From Saprolegnia diclina VS20 (taxonomy: Eukaryota): a stretch of DNA of 33,905 nt. Positions 9,704-19,852 of the stretch are shown one piece after another (positions within the stretch are counted from its first letter, which is position 1; the number at the start of each line of letters is the position of its first letter). The position numbers and the translations under genes were made by a program. The stretch lies in assembly GCF_000281045.1 (NCBI RefSeq), contig NW_008246153.1:64064-97968 (forward strand). Direction: 5' to 3'. The notes below the pieces were generated by a model. The model was not told where the DNA came from. It was given only the letters and a program-made list of their open reading frames with translations, and made no database searches.

Positions 9704-11936
9704 TTAGCCGTGATAAAAGCACTTGTCACAGACGCGCACCGGGGTGTTGATGCCGTACTCGGGCAACGGCTTGCGCTTCTCCGAGCAGCCGTCGCAGACC
9801 AGCCAGCCGCAGCTCCGGCAGTTGTGCTGGTCGCGGTTCGCCTGCGCTTCGCTCTGCGACGTCGAGTTCCACGTGAACGGCGCCTCGCAGCACATGCAGC
9901 GCGTGTGCGTACCGAAGCAAACCCACGCTGGCGGCGGACTCGACGCTTTGCGCGCGTCGCGCACGATGCGGAGGGCGGCGAGGTAGTTGCGGCCGAGGTG
10001 GTCGCTGAGCATGTTTTCGAAAATGTGAATCTTTCCGAGCGCGTCGCAGTCGCGGTCGACAAACGCAGCGTCGTAGACGCCGTGCGTATGGTAGAGATGG
10101 ACGATCTACAAACAGGAGGCTTCGTTGACGCAAGGTACAGAGCTGTCGTAGTCGCACCTGCCCAGGTACAAAGAGCTCGTTGTTATCGCCGAGTTTGTCG
10201 GTCTCGATCGTTGGCATGGGCATCGCGGACCCTCCTGGAGGTGCTGCGGCGTCGCCGTCGTGACGCGCCCCGTGCCGTCGCCGGGGGGCCCAGATAGCTT
10301 TGGCCCGCGCTTTGAGCGCCAAGAGATCTTCGGTCGCCGCGGCTTGCCACGGCTCGGCATTGAGCTCGGCAACGAGCTGCGCGATGGCACCGACTGTCGT
10401 ACGAGGAATCATGTCGTCGCGGAGGACGACCGACTGCACATAGCTGCTGCACTTGTCGGCAATGTCGCGGGTCGCGCACGCGGGGACGGCAAAGCCAATG
10501 GCCTTGGCGTACGGCAAGTCGTCGATGACCATGGTGGCGAGCAGCGCCGCGACGCCACCGCCAAGCGAGTGCCCGCTGATGGTCAGCTGGTCAAAGCCCG
10601 CGTCCCGGAGTGCACGTAAAGCGCCAACAGTTTGGTCGTAGAGCCATTTTGCCGCCGTTGCAATGCCTTGGTGCATGGGCGCCGCCGCCGACACGGTGCC
10701 AAGATCGAGGTCCGTGAGAAGATCCTGCACCGACTGCGACCCGCGCACGATGAGTAGGACGCGCTTCTCGGTCACGTCAGCTAGCAGCGCGTAGCCGGGT
10801 TCGTGCACGGCCGACGCCTCGATCGATTGGAAGAGGAGTGCGAGACCGTGGAGCTTGGCCACCCGTTGCAGACCCAGCACGTCTTCGTCGTAGATAGCGT
10901 GGAGCGCCAACGGCGCGTCGCGCAGGAGGTTTGTGAGCTCCGCGTCCGAGACGCGCTGACACTCGGCGTGGTCGTCTGCCTCGGCACACGGTTCGCGGCC
11001 GCGCCGCCCGCGGTTGGCCGCCATGGTGTAGTAAATGGCGCCCGCCGCGTCTTTGGACGAGATCGTCTCGAGGGTCCCGAGCACCGACTGCAGTGTCGCA
11101 AACGTGGCTGCAAAGTCCTGCCGGAGAACGTACCCGAGCAGACCGGCGCACCCGACACGCCGAATCAAGTCGGCGCCCACGACAGTGTACGTGGCCGACG
11201 CGACGGCGCTCGACGCTACCAAGCCGACGGGCACCGCTTTGACCACTGCCACGACACCTGCGGCGACGCGCTTGGCTTTGTCTCGACGCGAGTCGATGTG
11301 CGACTTGTCCATGAACGGTCGCAGATTGCCCGCCATCAAGTCCTACGCGCATGAGTCGCTCGTGAGGATGGTGGACTCAAGGTAAACCGAAATGCGCTCG
11401 ACGCGCCACGCGAGGTCTTGGGTGTCGCAGCGGTTCCGGTGTACATTGGCGCAGGTTGCGCAGAGCTTGGCGCGCTTGAGGCCGGCGCCAAATCGGTGCA
11501 GATGCGCTTTGGTCGGGAGATCGGCGCGGCAGTATGCGTGGCCGCAGAGACCACAGTAATAGGACAAGCGATTCAAGCCAAACGACGCGTGGCAGACGCC
11601 GCAGACGTCGCTAGGAACGTGCGCCGGCGGTGTCATGACGAACGCTGCGTCATTGTCGTTGCACGACGCGACGAGGCAGCGCATTGCCGCTGGGAGGTCG
11701 GGAAAGGCGGTGACATGCACATCTGTCGCCATGGGGTGCACTCTGCTGCGCTGATTGTCCGAGAGACCGGTGACCACCGCCACGGCCTGCACTGCGAGGA
11801 AGCCCGAGGCCTCGGCGACGGACTGCATTGCCGACTTGGCGGCGGCCGCCGACGACGTCGCCATCGTCTCTGCAGTGGCTTTGGCCGACGCCGAGAGCCG
11901 TCGCAGCGGGGACAACTTGGGTGCGTCGGCGTCCAT
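9704..11936 (-). CDS. FYVE-like + lipase class 3 (DAG-lipase-like) + FYVE protein, paralog A (3 exons, about 711 aa)
   Basis: Exons 11936-11388, 11342-10158 and 10105-9704 joined in frame by GT-AG introns. Lipase motifs VRGS, HQG, GHSLGGG, DDMIPR, MLSDH. Zn fingers CGVC/CGLC/CATC and CMCC/CRSC/CDGC/CDKC. Confidence 0.88.
9713..10109. repeat. 397-bp direct repeat, copy 1 (last exon of paralog A)
   Basis: Matches 12025-12421 with 3 mismatches seen by eye. Confidence 0.95.
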
Positions 11937-12015
11937 GCGCGTCTGTCTCTCGCACCAGTTTCAACGGGCAACCAACGTTTCCCGCCAAAACCAAAAGACC
12001 AAGTCCACTCGGTTG

Positions 12016-14898
12016 TTACGCCTTATAAAAGCACTTGTCACAGACGCGAACCGGGGTGTTGATGCCGTACTCGGGCAACGGCTTGCGCTTCTCCGAGCAG
12101 CCGTCGCAGACCAGCCAGCCGCAGCTCCGGCAGTTGTGCTGGTCGCGGTTCGCCTGCGCTTCGCTCTGCGACGTCGAGTTCCATGTGAACGGCGCCTCGC
12201 AGCACATGCAGCGCGTGTGCGTACCGAAGCAAACCCACGCTGGCGGCGGACTCGACGCTTTGCGCGCGTCGCGCACGATGCGGAGGGCGGCGAGGTAGTT
12301 GCGGCCGAGGTGGTCGCTGAGCATGTTTTCGAAAATGTGAATCTTTCCGAGCGCGTCGCAGTCGCGGTCGACAAACGCAGCGTCGTAGACGCCGTGCGTA
12401 TGGTAGAGATGGACAATCTACTCAATCAGTCGGTGGATAGGAGGGAAAGCGAGACAAAATGATGCGTCGTACCTGCCCTGGGACAAAGAGCTCGACAGCG
12501 TTGTCGGTCTCCATTGCCCGACCGTCGTCGCCCTCTTTGTCGGTTGTCTGGGGTGTCTCGGGCGCTTTGGGGCTGCTGCCGTTCGACTCGGAGTACTTGT
12601 CGACAAGGTTGGACCGCGTGAGCGTCCACGCGTCGACGGCAGCCTCGCGCGACGGTGTAGCTGCGTTCACAAGTGGCGTCTCTGACGTCGGAAGCAGCGT
12701 CCCGCGGGTGCGCGCGGCTTCCATCGTCGCCCACTCGCGCTTCCGAGGTGCCCAGACCGACTTGACGCGTGACTTGACTGCGGTCCAGTCCTCCAACGCC
12801 GTGTTCTTCCAGTCATCGCGGAACGCTTTGAGCTCGGTCGAGAGCCGCACAATGTTGTGCGTCTTGGCGCGCGGTACGAAGTCGTCGCGGAGAACGACCG
12901 AGTGCACGTACGGGGCGCAGGCCGCGGCCGTCTCGCGGTTCGCACACGCCGGCACCGCATACGCATAGCATTTGACGTCCGGGAATTCCGTGTGGAGCAT
13001 GACGGCCAGCAACGCCGCGACGCCACCACCCAGCGAGTGACCGTTGACCATGAGCCGGTACCCGCGGCCGTGCAGCTCCCGGAGCGCGTCGATGGTCTGC
13101 GCCTTCATCCACGCCGCCGCTTGCGCCATCCCATGGTGGGCGAACGCGTCCAGTGGCCCGTGACTGGAGGCGTCGCCGGGCGCCACTTGCAGATCCGTGA
13201 GGATGTCTTGCACCGACTTGGAGCCGCGCACGAGGAGGACGGCGAGCTTCTCGTCGGCGCGCGCGACGAGGCCGAACGCTGGCTGATTCGCAGTGCGGTG
13301 TTCGACGGACGCGAAGAGCAGCGTGAAGCCCTGGAGCTTGACGAAGCGCTGGATGTCGAGGATATCGAGCTCGTAAATCGCGTGGAGCGTGATGGGCGCA
13401 AACCGAATGAGCTCGTGCAAGAGCGCGTCCGGCACTGTCGGGCAGCCATTGTGCATCTCGCGCTCGTCGAGCGGGTGGCCGCCGCGATGCCCGCGGTTGG
13501 TCGCCATAAAGTAGTACAGTCCGACGGCCGCGTCTTGGACGCTGAGCGACTCCATGTCCCCAAGCAGCGCCTTGAGTGTGTTGAACGACTGCATGAATTC
13601 GTTCCGGAGCACAAAGCCGATCAGCCCGGCGCGGCCATACTTGCGGAGAAAGTCGGCACTGACAACCGCCATCTTGGCCGTGGCGCCCAGTGGCGCAGCC
13701 TTGGCGGCGGCCAACGTGCCTTCGGCGGCCCGGAACGCCTTGTCGAGCGCCGTGTCGGTCGAGACGCTCACGTACGGCGCCAGCGTCCGGTCGAGATAGT
13801 CCTACAACGCTACTGCTTAGAGAGACGTCATCTGAGTAGAGAGAGAATGGGGACGCTACCCGAACACGCTCAACGCGCCAGTTGCGCTGCTGAACGTCAA
13901 TCTTTTGGGCTAGAAAATCGACGCAAGTGGCGCAGATCTTGACGGGCGAGGCGCCGCCAAACGCGTGGAGGCGCTCAGTTGCTGGCAGGTGGTCGCGGCA
14001 GTACGCCTCGCCGCAGTACCCGCAGTGGTATCGGTACTTGCTGATGCCAAAGGGTGACTTGCATTGGGTGCAGTCGGGCCGCAGCACGGGCTCGGGCGCC
14101 GAGGCCACCGGATGCACCGCCAAGTCGGCGCAACACGACACCATCGCCTTCTCCATTGGTGTCAAGTCGGGGAAGCGACGGGTAGAGGCGTTCGGGCTGC
14201 GTGCGGCCGACGGGCCCTTGGGTCGTGGCGGCGCGGCGGCCGTGTCAGCGGCCAGGGCCGAGACTGCAGCTGCATGCGCCGTGTCGTAAGCGTACGCCGA
14301 GACCTCGTGCACGGACAAGGCGGCCGTGAGCACAGCACCTACGGACTTGGACGCTGCAAAGTCCACCGCAGACTTGGAAACGTTGAGAGCTGCCGACGAG
14401 AACCGGCTGAGGTACCCTCCTTGCTTGACCGCCACGGGGGCTGATGTGGGCGCTGGATCGGCTTCTTTCAATGGCGGGGCCTCGGCGATAGACGCTGAAG
14501 CAGCGGGCGGCGCTTCCATGCAAACACTCTCGACAGGTGAGAGCGGCAGGTGGGTCAATGCGGTCGGCGCCTGTACGGGCTCTGTCGACGCCTTGAGCCA
14601 GATGCGACTGCGCACGACAGAGGCTGCGTTCTTGGCGCCAAAGTCGCTCAGGTCGAAGGACGCACTGTAGATCCAGCCATTCTCGTCGTACTCGTCGCTG
14701 CGGTAGAAGTGCCACTCGGCGTGCGGCAGCGGCGGCTTGGCCTTCGCCACGCGTCGCGCCGCGTCGGACCACGCGGGCGGGTCCTTCTCCAGAAGCTTGT
14801 CGGACCAGCCCTAGCAGCACCGTCATGCTCGTCGTCGCCAGGAGCTTGCCACGTACGCTGAGCGCATACCAGCGCTGGTTCTCCACGACCTCGTCCAT
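12016..14898 (-). CDS. DysF (dysferlin/Pex24-like) + FYVE-like + lipase class 3 + FYVE protein, paralog B (4 exons)
   Basis: Exons 14898-14857, 14810-13860, 13801-12473 and 12417-12016. The N-terminus ENQRW..GWS..LL..D...WSD...DENGWIY...VRSRIW fits the DysF pattern. Lipase motifs GHSLGGG and DDFVPR. Two intron positions are shared with paralog A. Confidence 0.88.
12025..12421. repeat. 397-bp direct repeat, copy 2 (last exon of paralog B)
   Basis: Matches 9713-10109 at an offset of 2312 nt. Confidence 0.95.
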
Positions 14899-15250
14899 CG
14901 TCAACGACGATCTGGGTTCCGGATAGAGTCGCGGACGTCCGGATAAATCGAGCCCGTAACCGACTGCGAGAAGGTGCAAAGTCGAAGGACCACTTGCGCT
15001 GCCGGCCTTTGGGCGGGCTTTAAATCGCTAGCACACAACAATGCTTCAGAGGACTATCTTTTAGCATTGTACGCGTTATACTATCGCATGTGTCGTCCAG
15101 CGCCATGTTTAACGTCGACCGTTTCTGGGACGAGGCAGTCCACCAGACAGAGAACAAGACGCTTCTACACACCATTCAACGCAAGGCTTCCGGTCGCGGT
15201 TGTTCAAGGAGTAGAGGCGGCAAGCTACGAATTCGCATCGTAATTCGCAC

Positions 15251-15440
15251 CCAATCTCACCAATTCATACCTAGAGACCTGACGTCTGTGTCCTTTGGCT
15301 GGGGCGCCGCAAGATCGCCAAACGCGAATTTGGACCAATCACCGGCCGTAGAGAAGTGAACTCACCAATCACCGATGACTATGGATATGGACCAATCAGC
15401 GAGCGGATTGAAACCGTCGAAATATCGAAGCTGCTCATTT
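15251..15440 (+). promoter_or_regulatory. CCAAT cluster plus INR-like element in a divergent intergenic region
   Basis: CCAAT at 15251, 15260, 15335, 15365 and 15392. GCTCATTTT at about 15433, shortly before ATG 15452. Confidence 0.45.
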
Positions 15441-15451
15441 TGCGACTGGCA

Positions 15452-15917
15452 ATGGCCCAGCACACAGCATACGTGGCGCTCTGGAAGGCGTCGACGGCCG
15501 CGATCCTCCTCCGCACCTATGGCTACGACACCGATGGCATGGGACCGCACGAGATGCGCGACGCCCTCGCCTCGACCCTCGGGTTGCCCGTCGACTTTCA
15601 CGTAGGCAGCCAACGATTCGTCGCATGCTCATGACGGATCTAGATGGCACCCGACCTCTGCTTTGGCATCACCGCACACTCGCAGCGAAACGTCGCCAAG
15701 GTACACTGCGCTAGCTTTGCGTGAACACATAATGGCGCGCGTATCGTAGCTCCACGACATGCAAGTGATGATCGTTGGCAACGACGCCAGGATGGAGTCG
15801 CTGCGAAGCTGCTTTGACCAGCTGACCACCCACGTGCCCACGACGCCAGCAGCGATTGATGTCGACGCGGAGCTCGAGCATGCGACGCGTGCGATGCGCT
15901 CCCTTATGAACGGCTAG
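15452..15917 (+). CDS. Small hypothetical protein (3 exons, about 124 aa)
   Basis: Exons 15452-15601, 15644-15700 and 15750-15917. Two phase-0 GT-AG introns (42 and 49 nt) give a clean frame to TAG, with an INR-like element upstream. Confidence 0.6.
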
Positions 15918-16525
15918 CGACGATACGTCCTACACGGCTCGTCGCTTATTTAAGCGTCGTCGACGAGTCTACGCACTCGCGACGATGTCTCAATGCATCT
16001 TCCCCTCCACAGTTCCCCTTACCATCCCGTCCGCATGGCCATCGAAACTCTTCTTACACTAGCACCATCCAGTCCATCGTCGCGTTAGAACTATCAAGGT
16101 GGACCACTGCAGTCTCGGGACTTGCAGCCTTCTCCGAAATATCGCTCATTCTGCGACCTCTAGCCTGTTCCCCTGTAGTCAGCCTCCTTCTTCTTTGAAG
16201 AGACACACGAGCGTGTCAACCTTTCTGTGGCGGTCTCCCTAACCCTTCGAAAAAAGCGCTTACGTGGCAGCACCACCGCTCGCAAAACCGTCGCTCGTGT
16301 CTTGGTTGACGACGCGACCAACTACAGCTGACTGGGTGCAGTAGCCAGCTGCGCGTCAGCACCTGGCGCCTGGTTCTTCCGGCGTCTTGTTCTCGCAGTG
16401 TGGGCGTGAATACCTCTGGAAGTGGATAGAATTCGATCCAAAACCTCTGAAAACGCATTCTTAACGTTCCAAAAACGATCTTTGGCAGGCGACCACCAGT
16501 CGCCAAGAGTCGCCCGACAGAGTTG

Positions 16526-16894
16526 ATGACGCGCGACACCGTGTACCTCGTACCCGAGCTCCTGCGCAAGCCGACGGCCTTTGCGCCGCCGACGACGCCG
16601 CCGACGTCGCCGCAGCCCAAGGACCGCCTGCGCTCGCACCTCAAGCACCGAAGGAAGAACCTGCTGGGCGACGACGACATGAAGCGATGCCATGTCGTCT
16701 TCCTCGATGGCCTCGAGGTCAACCGCTGCGTGCGGCAAGATGACGAGTACAGCTTCAAGGAAGGCCTGCGGAAGCGCAAGAGCGCGCACTTGACCGACGA
16801 CGAAGATGACGACGGCGACATCCGCATGACCGACGACGACGACGATGCGATAGAGAAGGCCAAGCAGCACCGCCGCCCCGCGTACGGCCTGTAG
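16526..16894 (+). CDS. Small hypothetical protein, charged with acidic C-terminal tract
   Basis: 122-aa ORF with strong GC3 codon bias relative to its flanks. No family recognised. Confidence 0.65.
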   Translation: MTRDTVYLVPELLRKPTAFAPPTTPPTSPQPKDRLRSHLKHRRKNLLGDDDMKRCHVVFLDGLEVNRCVRQDDEYSFKEGLRKRKSAHLTDDEDDDGDIRMTDDDDDAIEKAKQHRRPAYGL

Positions 16895-17033
16895 CCCGCC
16901 TTCCCTACCATCTATCTATACAAACCCCCCATATAGAGATAGCCGTGTAGCCTCTTCCTCGAACGAACAACGACGTAGTACATATAGCAAGGTCATATCT
17001 TTCGAGTCGTCAACCTTCGGTCGGTCGGAATAC

Positions 17034-19212
17034 TTAGAACGGGCGGAAGCCGCCATACTGCTGCTGGCCATACTGCTGCTGCTGTTGCTGCTGCTGGCCG
17101 TACTGAGGCTGGCCGTATTGCGCCTGCCCATACGGGGGCTGCGGCTGACCGTATTGAGGCTGGCCATACTGCTGTTGCGGCTGACCGTACTGCGGTTGGC
17201 CGTACTGCGGTTGGCCGTACTGCGGCTGGCCGCCCATTGGATTCATGCCGCCCATGGCCGGGCGCATTTGCGTCTGGCCCATCCCGCCCATGGCCGGCAT
17301 CGGGGTAGGGCCCTTGTTAGGCATACCGGCGAGTGTGTCGAGGCCGTTGAAGCTGTTCTGAGCGCCAAACGCCGGCGGCTGCTTGGCGGCCGGCATGGCC
17401 GCGCTTGTCGTCGTCGCGCTGCTCTTGCTGAGGTTGCTCAAGTCAAAGAGGTTGGAGCCCGCGCCCCACGCATCGTTCGAGCGCGGCGGCTCTTCCTTCT
17501 TCATCGCCGGCGGTTGCTGCTGCTGCTGTTGTTGCTGTTGCGGCGCGCCAAACTGACCGGCGGGCTGGCCGTACTGGCCCATGGTGTTGTTGCTGCCGTA
17601 GATCGGCTGCTGGCCCTGCGGGTTACTTCCGTACGGCTGCTGACCCGGCGGGTTGCTACCGTATGGCTGTGTCATGCTGGGACGCGAGCCGAATTGGCCG
17701 GCGGCCATGCCGCCCATGATCGGCGCGGCCGGCAAGTTCTGGAAGCCGCCTGGAAACTGGTTCATCGCGGGCTGCTGCGGCGGGAAGCCGGCGGCCGCTG
17801 GCATCTGACCAAAGCCCGTGGGCGCACCACCAAACGCATTGCCAAAGGCCGGCGCAGCGGGGGCCGCCGGCAGCGCAAACGGGTCCGCCACGGGGTGCAC
17901 AGTCACGGCCGGCGCCGGCGTCGAAAAGAAGTCTTGGTCCAAGAGCGAGGGCGCCGCCGACGGCGCGCGCACGGGCTCGTCGTCGGCCACGGGTTCCTAC
18001 AATGTCAAGCATTTAGAGTGTGCCATCACATCGCGTGTCGCACCGCTTCCTTGGCCGCCTTCTTCTTGGACGACCGACGCGCCTTGGGCCGGACCTACGA
18101 CGACACAGGATTGTACGCGGTCAAGCCGAGGCGCATGGTCCTACCTCCTCTTCCGACTCGTCTTCATCGTGGCGCGATCTATTGTCACCAGCAAGTCAGG
18201 GACGGCAGGTATACGATCGATACAAGATATAGCCACGTACTCGTACTTATCGCGGCTGCCCGTGCGGCTGCTCGGACGCGGGTTGTCATAGCCACCTTGG
18301 TCGTACTTGTCGCGGCTGTTCGTTCGTCGCTCGTCCGTGTTGCCGTAACCACCGGTGCCGCTGTTGCCGTAGCCGCCACTGCCACTGTTGCCATAGCCGC
18401 CGCCGCTGCCGCCCGAATTGCCGTAGCCACTGCCGCCCGAGTTGCCGTAGCCGCTGCCGCCCGAGTTGCCGTAGCCACCGCCACCCGAGTTGCCGTAGCC
18501 ACTGCCACCACTGTTGCCATAACCGCCCGAGTTGCTCGCGTAGCCGCCGCCGCCGCCAATGTTGCCGCTGGAGCCGACACCCGTGTACTTGTCGCGGAGG
18601 CGCTTGGCCTTTTCTCGCTCGTCGCGAATGCGGTCGTTGTCGTTGAGCATCTCGAGCACTTGCTTGACCTTTTCCCGCACTAGACGCAAGGGTCAGCGTT
18701 TGGGACAAAGACACGGACGAAGTGCGTACCGCCGGCGCCTTTGTCGGCCGAGCCGTCGTAATAGTTGAAATCCGAGAGCGTTCGCAGCTTGAACATGTGA
18801 TCTCTGGCGTTCTCGACGACGCGCTCCGTGCCGTTCTTGATCAGATGGTCGAGCAGCGTGAGCGCCTTGAAGACCGTGCGCCATTGCCGCGCCTCGACGT
18901 CCATGCCTTCCCAGACCTTCTTCATGATGAGGTTGTACGATTCGCTGCACAAAAGAGCCATGAGCCTCCACGCATGCCATGATGGCGTACTATTCGTAGG
19001 TCAATTGCGCGAGCTCGTTCAAGAGCGTGCTCGACGCGCCCCAGTTCTTGTTCGAGAGCGCTTCTTCGATCTTGCGCTCCGTCTCGGAGCCCATGCGCGC
19101 CTTCACCGCGCCTTTCCTACGCCCATGTGCCATGAGCCCTCGCTGCCATGGCCACGCCCACATACGCGTCGTCCAGCGCGTTCTTGAACTTGTCGAGCAT
19201 CAAGCGGTCCAT
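17034..19212 (-). CDS. ENTH-domain clathrin adaptor (epsin / epsinR-like), multi-exon
   Basis: ENTH motifs NKNWGASSTLL.ELAQLT, WRTVFKALTLLDHLIKNGTERVV, DKG..VREK, RDEREKAKRLRDKY across short introns. Low-complexity tail with DPF and LFDL motifs and G/N- and Q/P/Y-rich repeats. Confidence 0.92.
17055..17231 (-). repeat. Coding QYGQP/QYGQQ tandem repeats (about 15-nt unit)
   Basis: Repeated TGGCCGTACTGCGG-like units in the epsin C-terminus. Confidence 0.85.
18340..18545 (-). repeat. Coding GYGNSGG tandem repeats (about 21-24-nt unit)
   Basis: About 8 copies of GTTGCCRTARCC-type units after the ENTH domain. Confidence 0.85.
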
Positions 19213-19413
19213 CCCGTCGTCGTTGTCGTCTCAACGGTTGCAAAGCGTTTATCGCGTGAGCTGGCAAAAGAAGTGGGCGCACTTAACCGAGCTTCAACGC
19301 CCCTATCACAGTGTTTCAGTATACGCCACGCGAACTTAGTGAGCCGCGACGACTCGTGTTATAATGCGTTAGATTTTGTAACACCACGTGTTATGCGTCG
19401 CAGCAGCAAGATC

Positions 19414-19797
19414 ATGGCGACGACGCTCCTCCACAACCCGAGCTGCTCCAAGTCCCGCGGGGCCCATGGCCTCCTCGCCGAGTACACGGCCAAGCACGGC
19501 CTCCACCTCGACGTCGTCGAGTACCTCCAGGTCGCATGGACCCGCGCCGACCTCGAAAGCCTCCTGCGCAAACTCGCCTCGACCGAGGCAACGCCACCGC
19601 CGACGCTCATGATGCGCACGGGCGACGCAGCCTTTCGCGACCAAGGGCTCGACAAGCTCGACCCGATCGCCGACCGCCTACGCCTCCTCGATGCCATGGT
19701 CGCGACGCCGAGCCTCATCGAGCGGCCTATCTTTGTGCACGGCGCCCGCGCGGTCATCGGGCGTCCGCCGGACCGTGTCTTGGAGCTCCTTGCATAA
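19414..19797 (+). CDS. arsC: ArsC-family (glutaredoxin-type) arsenate reductase
   Basis: HNPSCSKSR active-site loop, VEYL, MMR, LIERPI and IGRPP motifs. Intronless, about 127 aa. An alternative ATG lies at 19393. Confidence 0.85.
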   Translation: MATTLLHNPSCSKSRGAHGLLAEYTAKHGLHLDVVEYLQVAWTRADLESLLRKLASTEATPPPTLMMRTGDAAFRDQGLDKLDPIADRLRLLDAMVATPSLIERPIFVHGARAVIGRPPDRVLELLA

Positions 19798-19852
19798 GCA
19801 ACGTGGCAACATGTACGCAGGAATAGAGTCTGTGATTCAATCAACCAGGTGA

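Noticed and set aside
18340..18545. Regular repeats that might suggest a CRISPR array
   Set aside because: They are in-frame coding GYGNSGG repeats without unique spacers, in a eukaryotic context with no cas genes.
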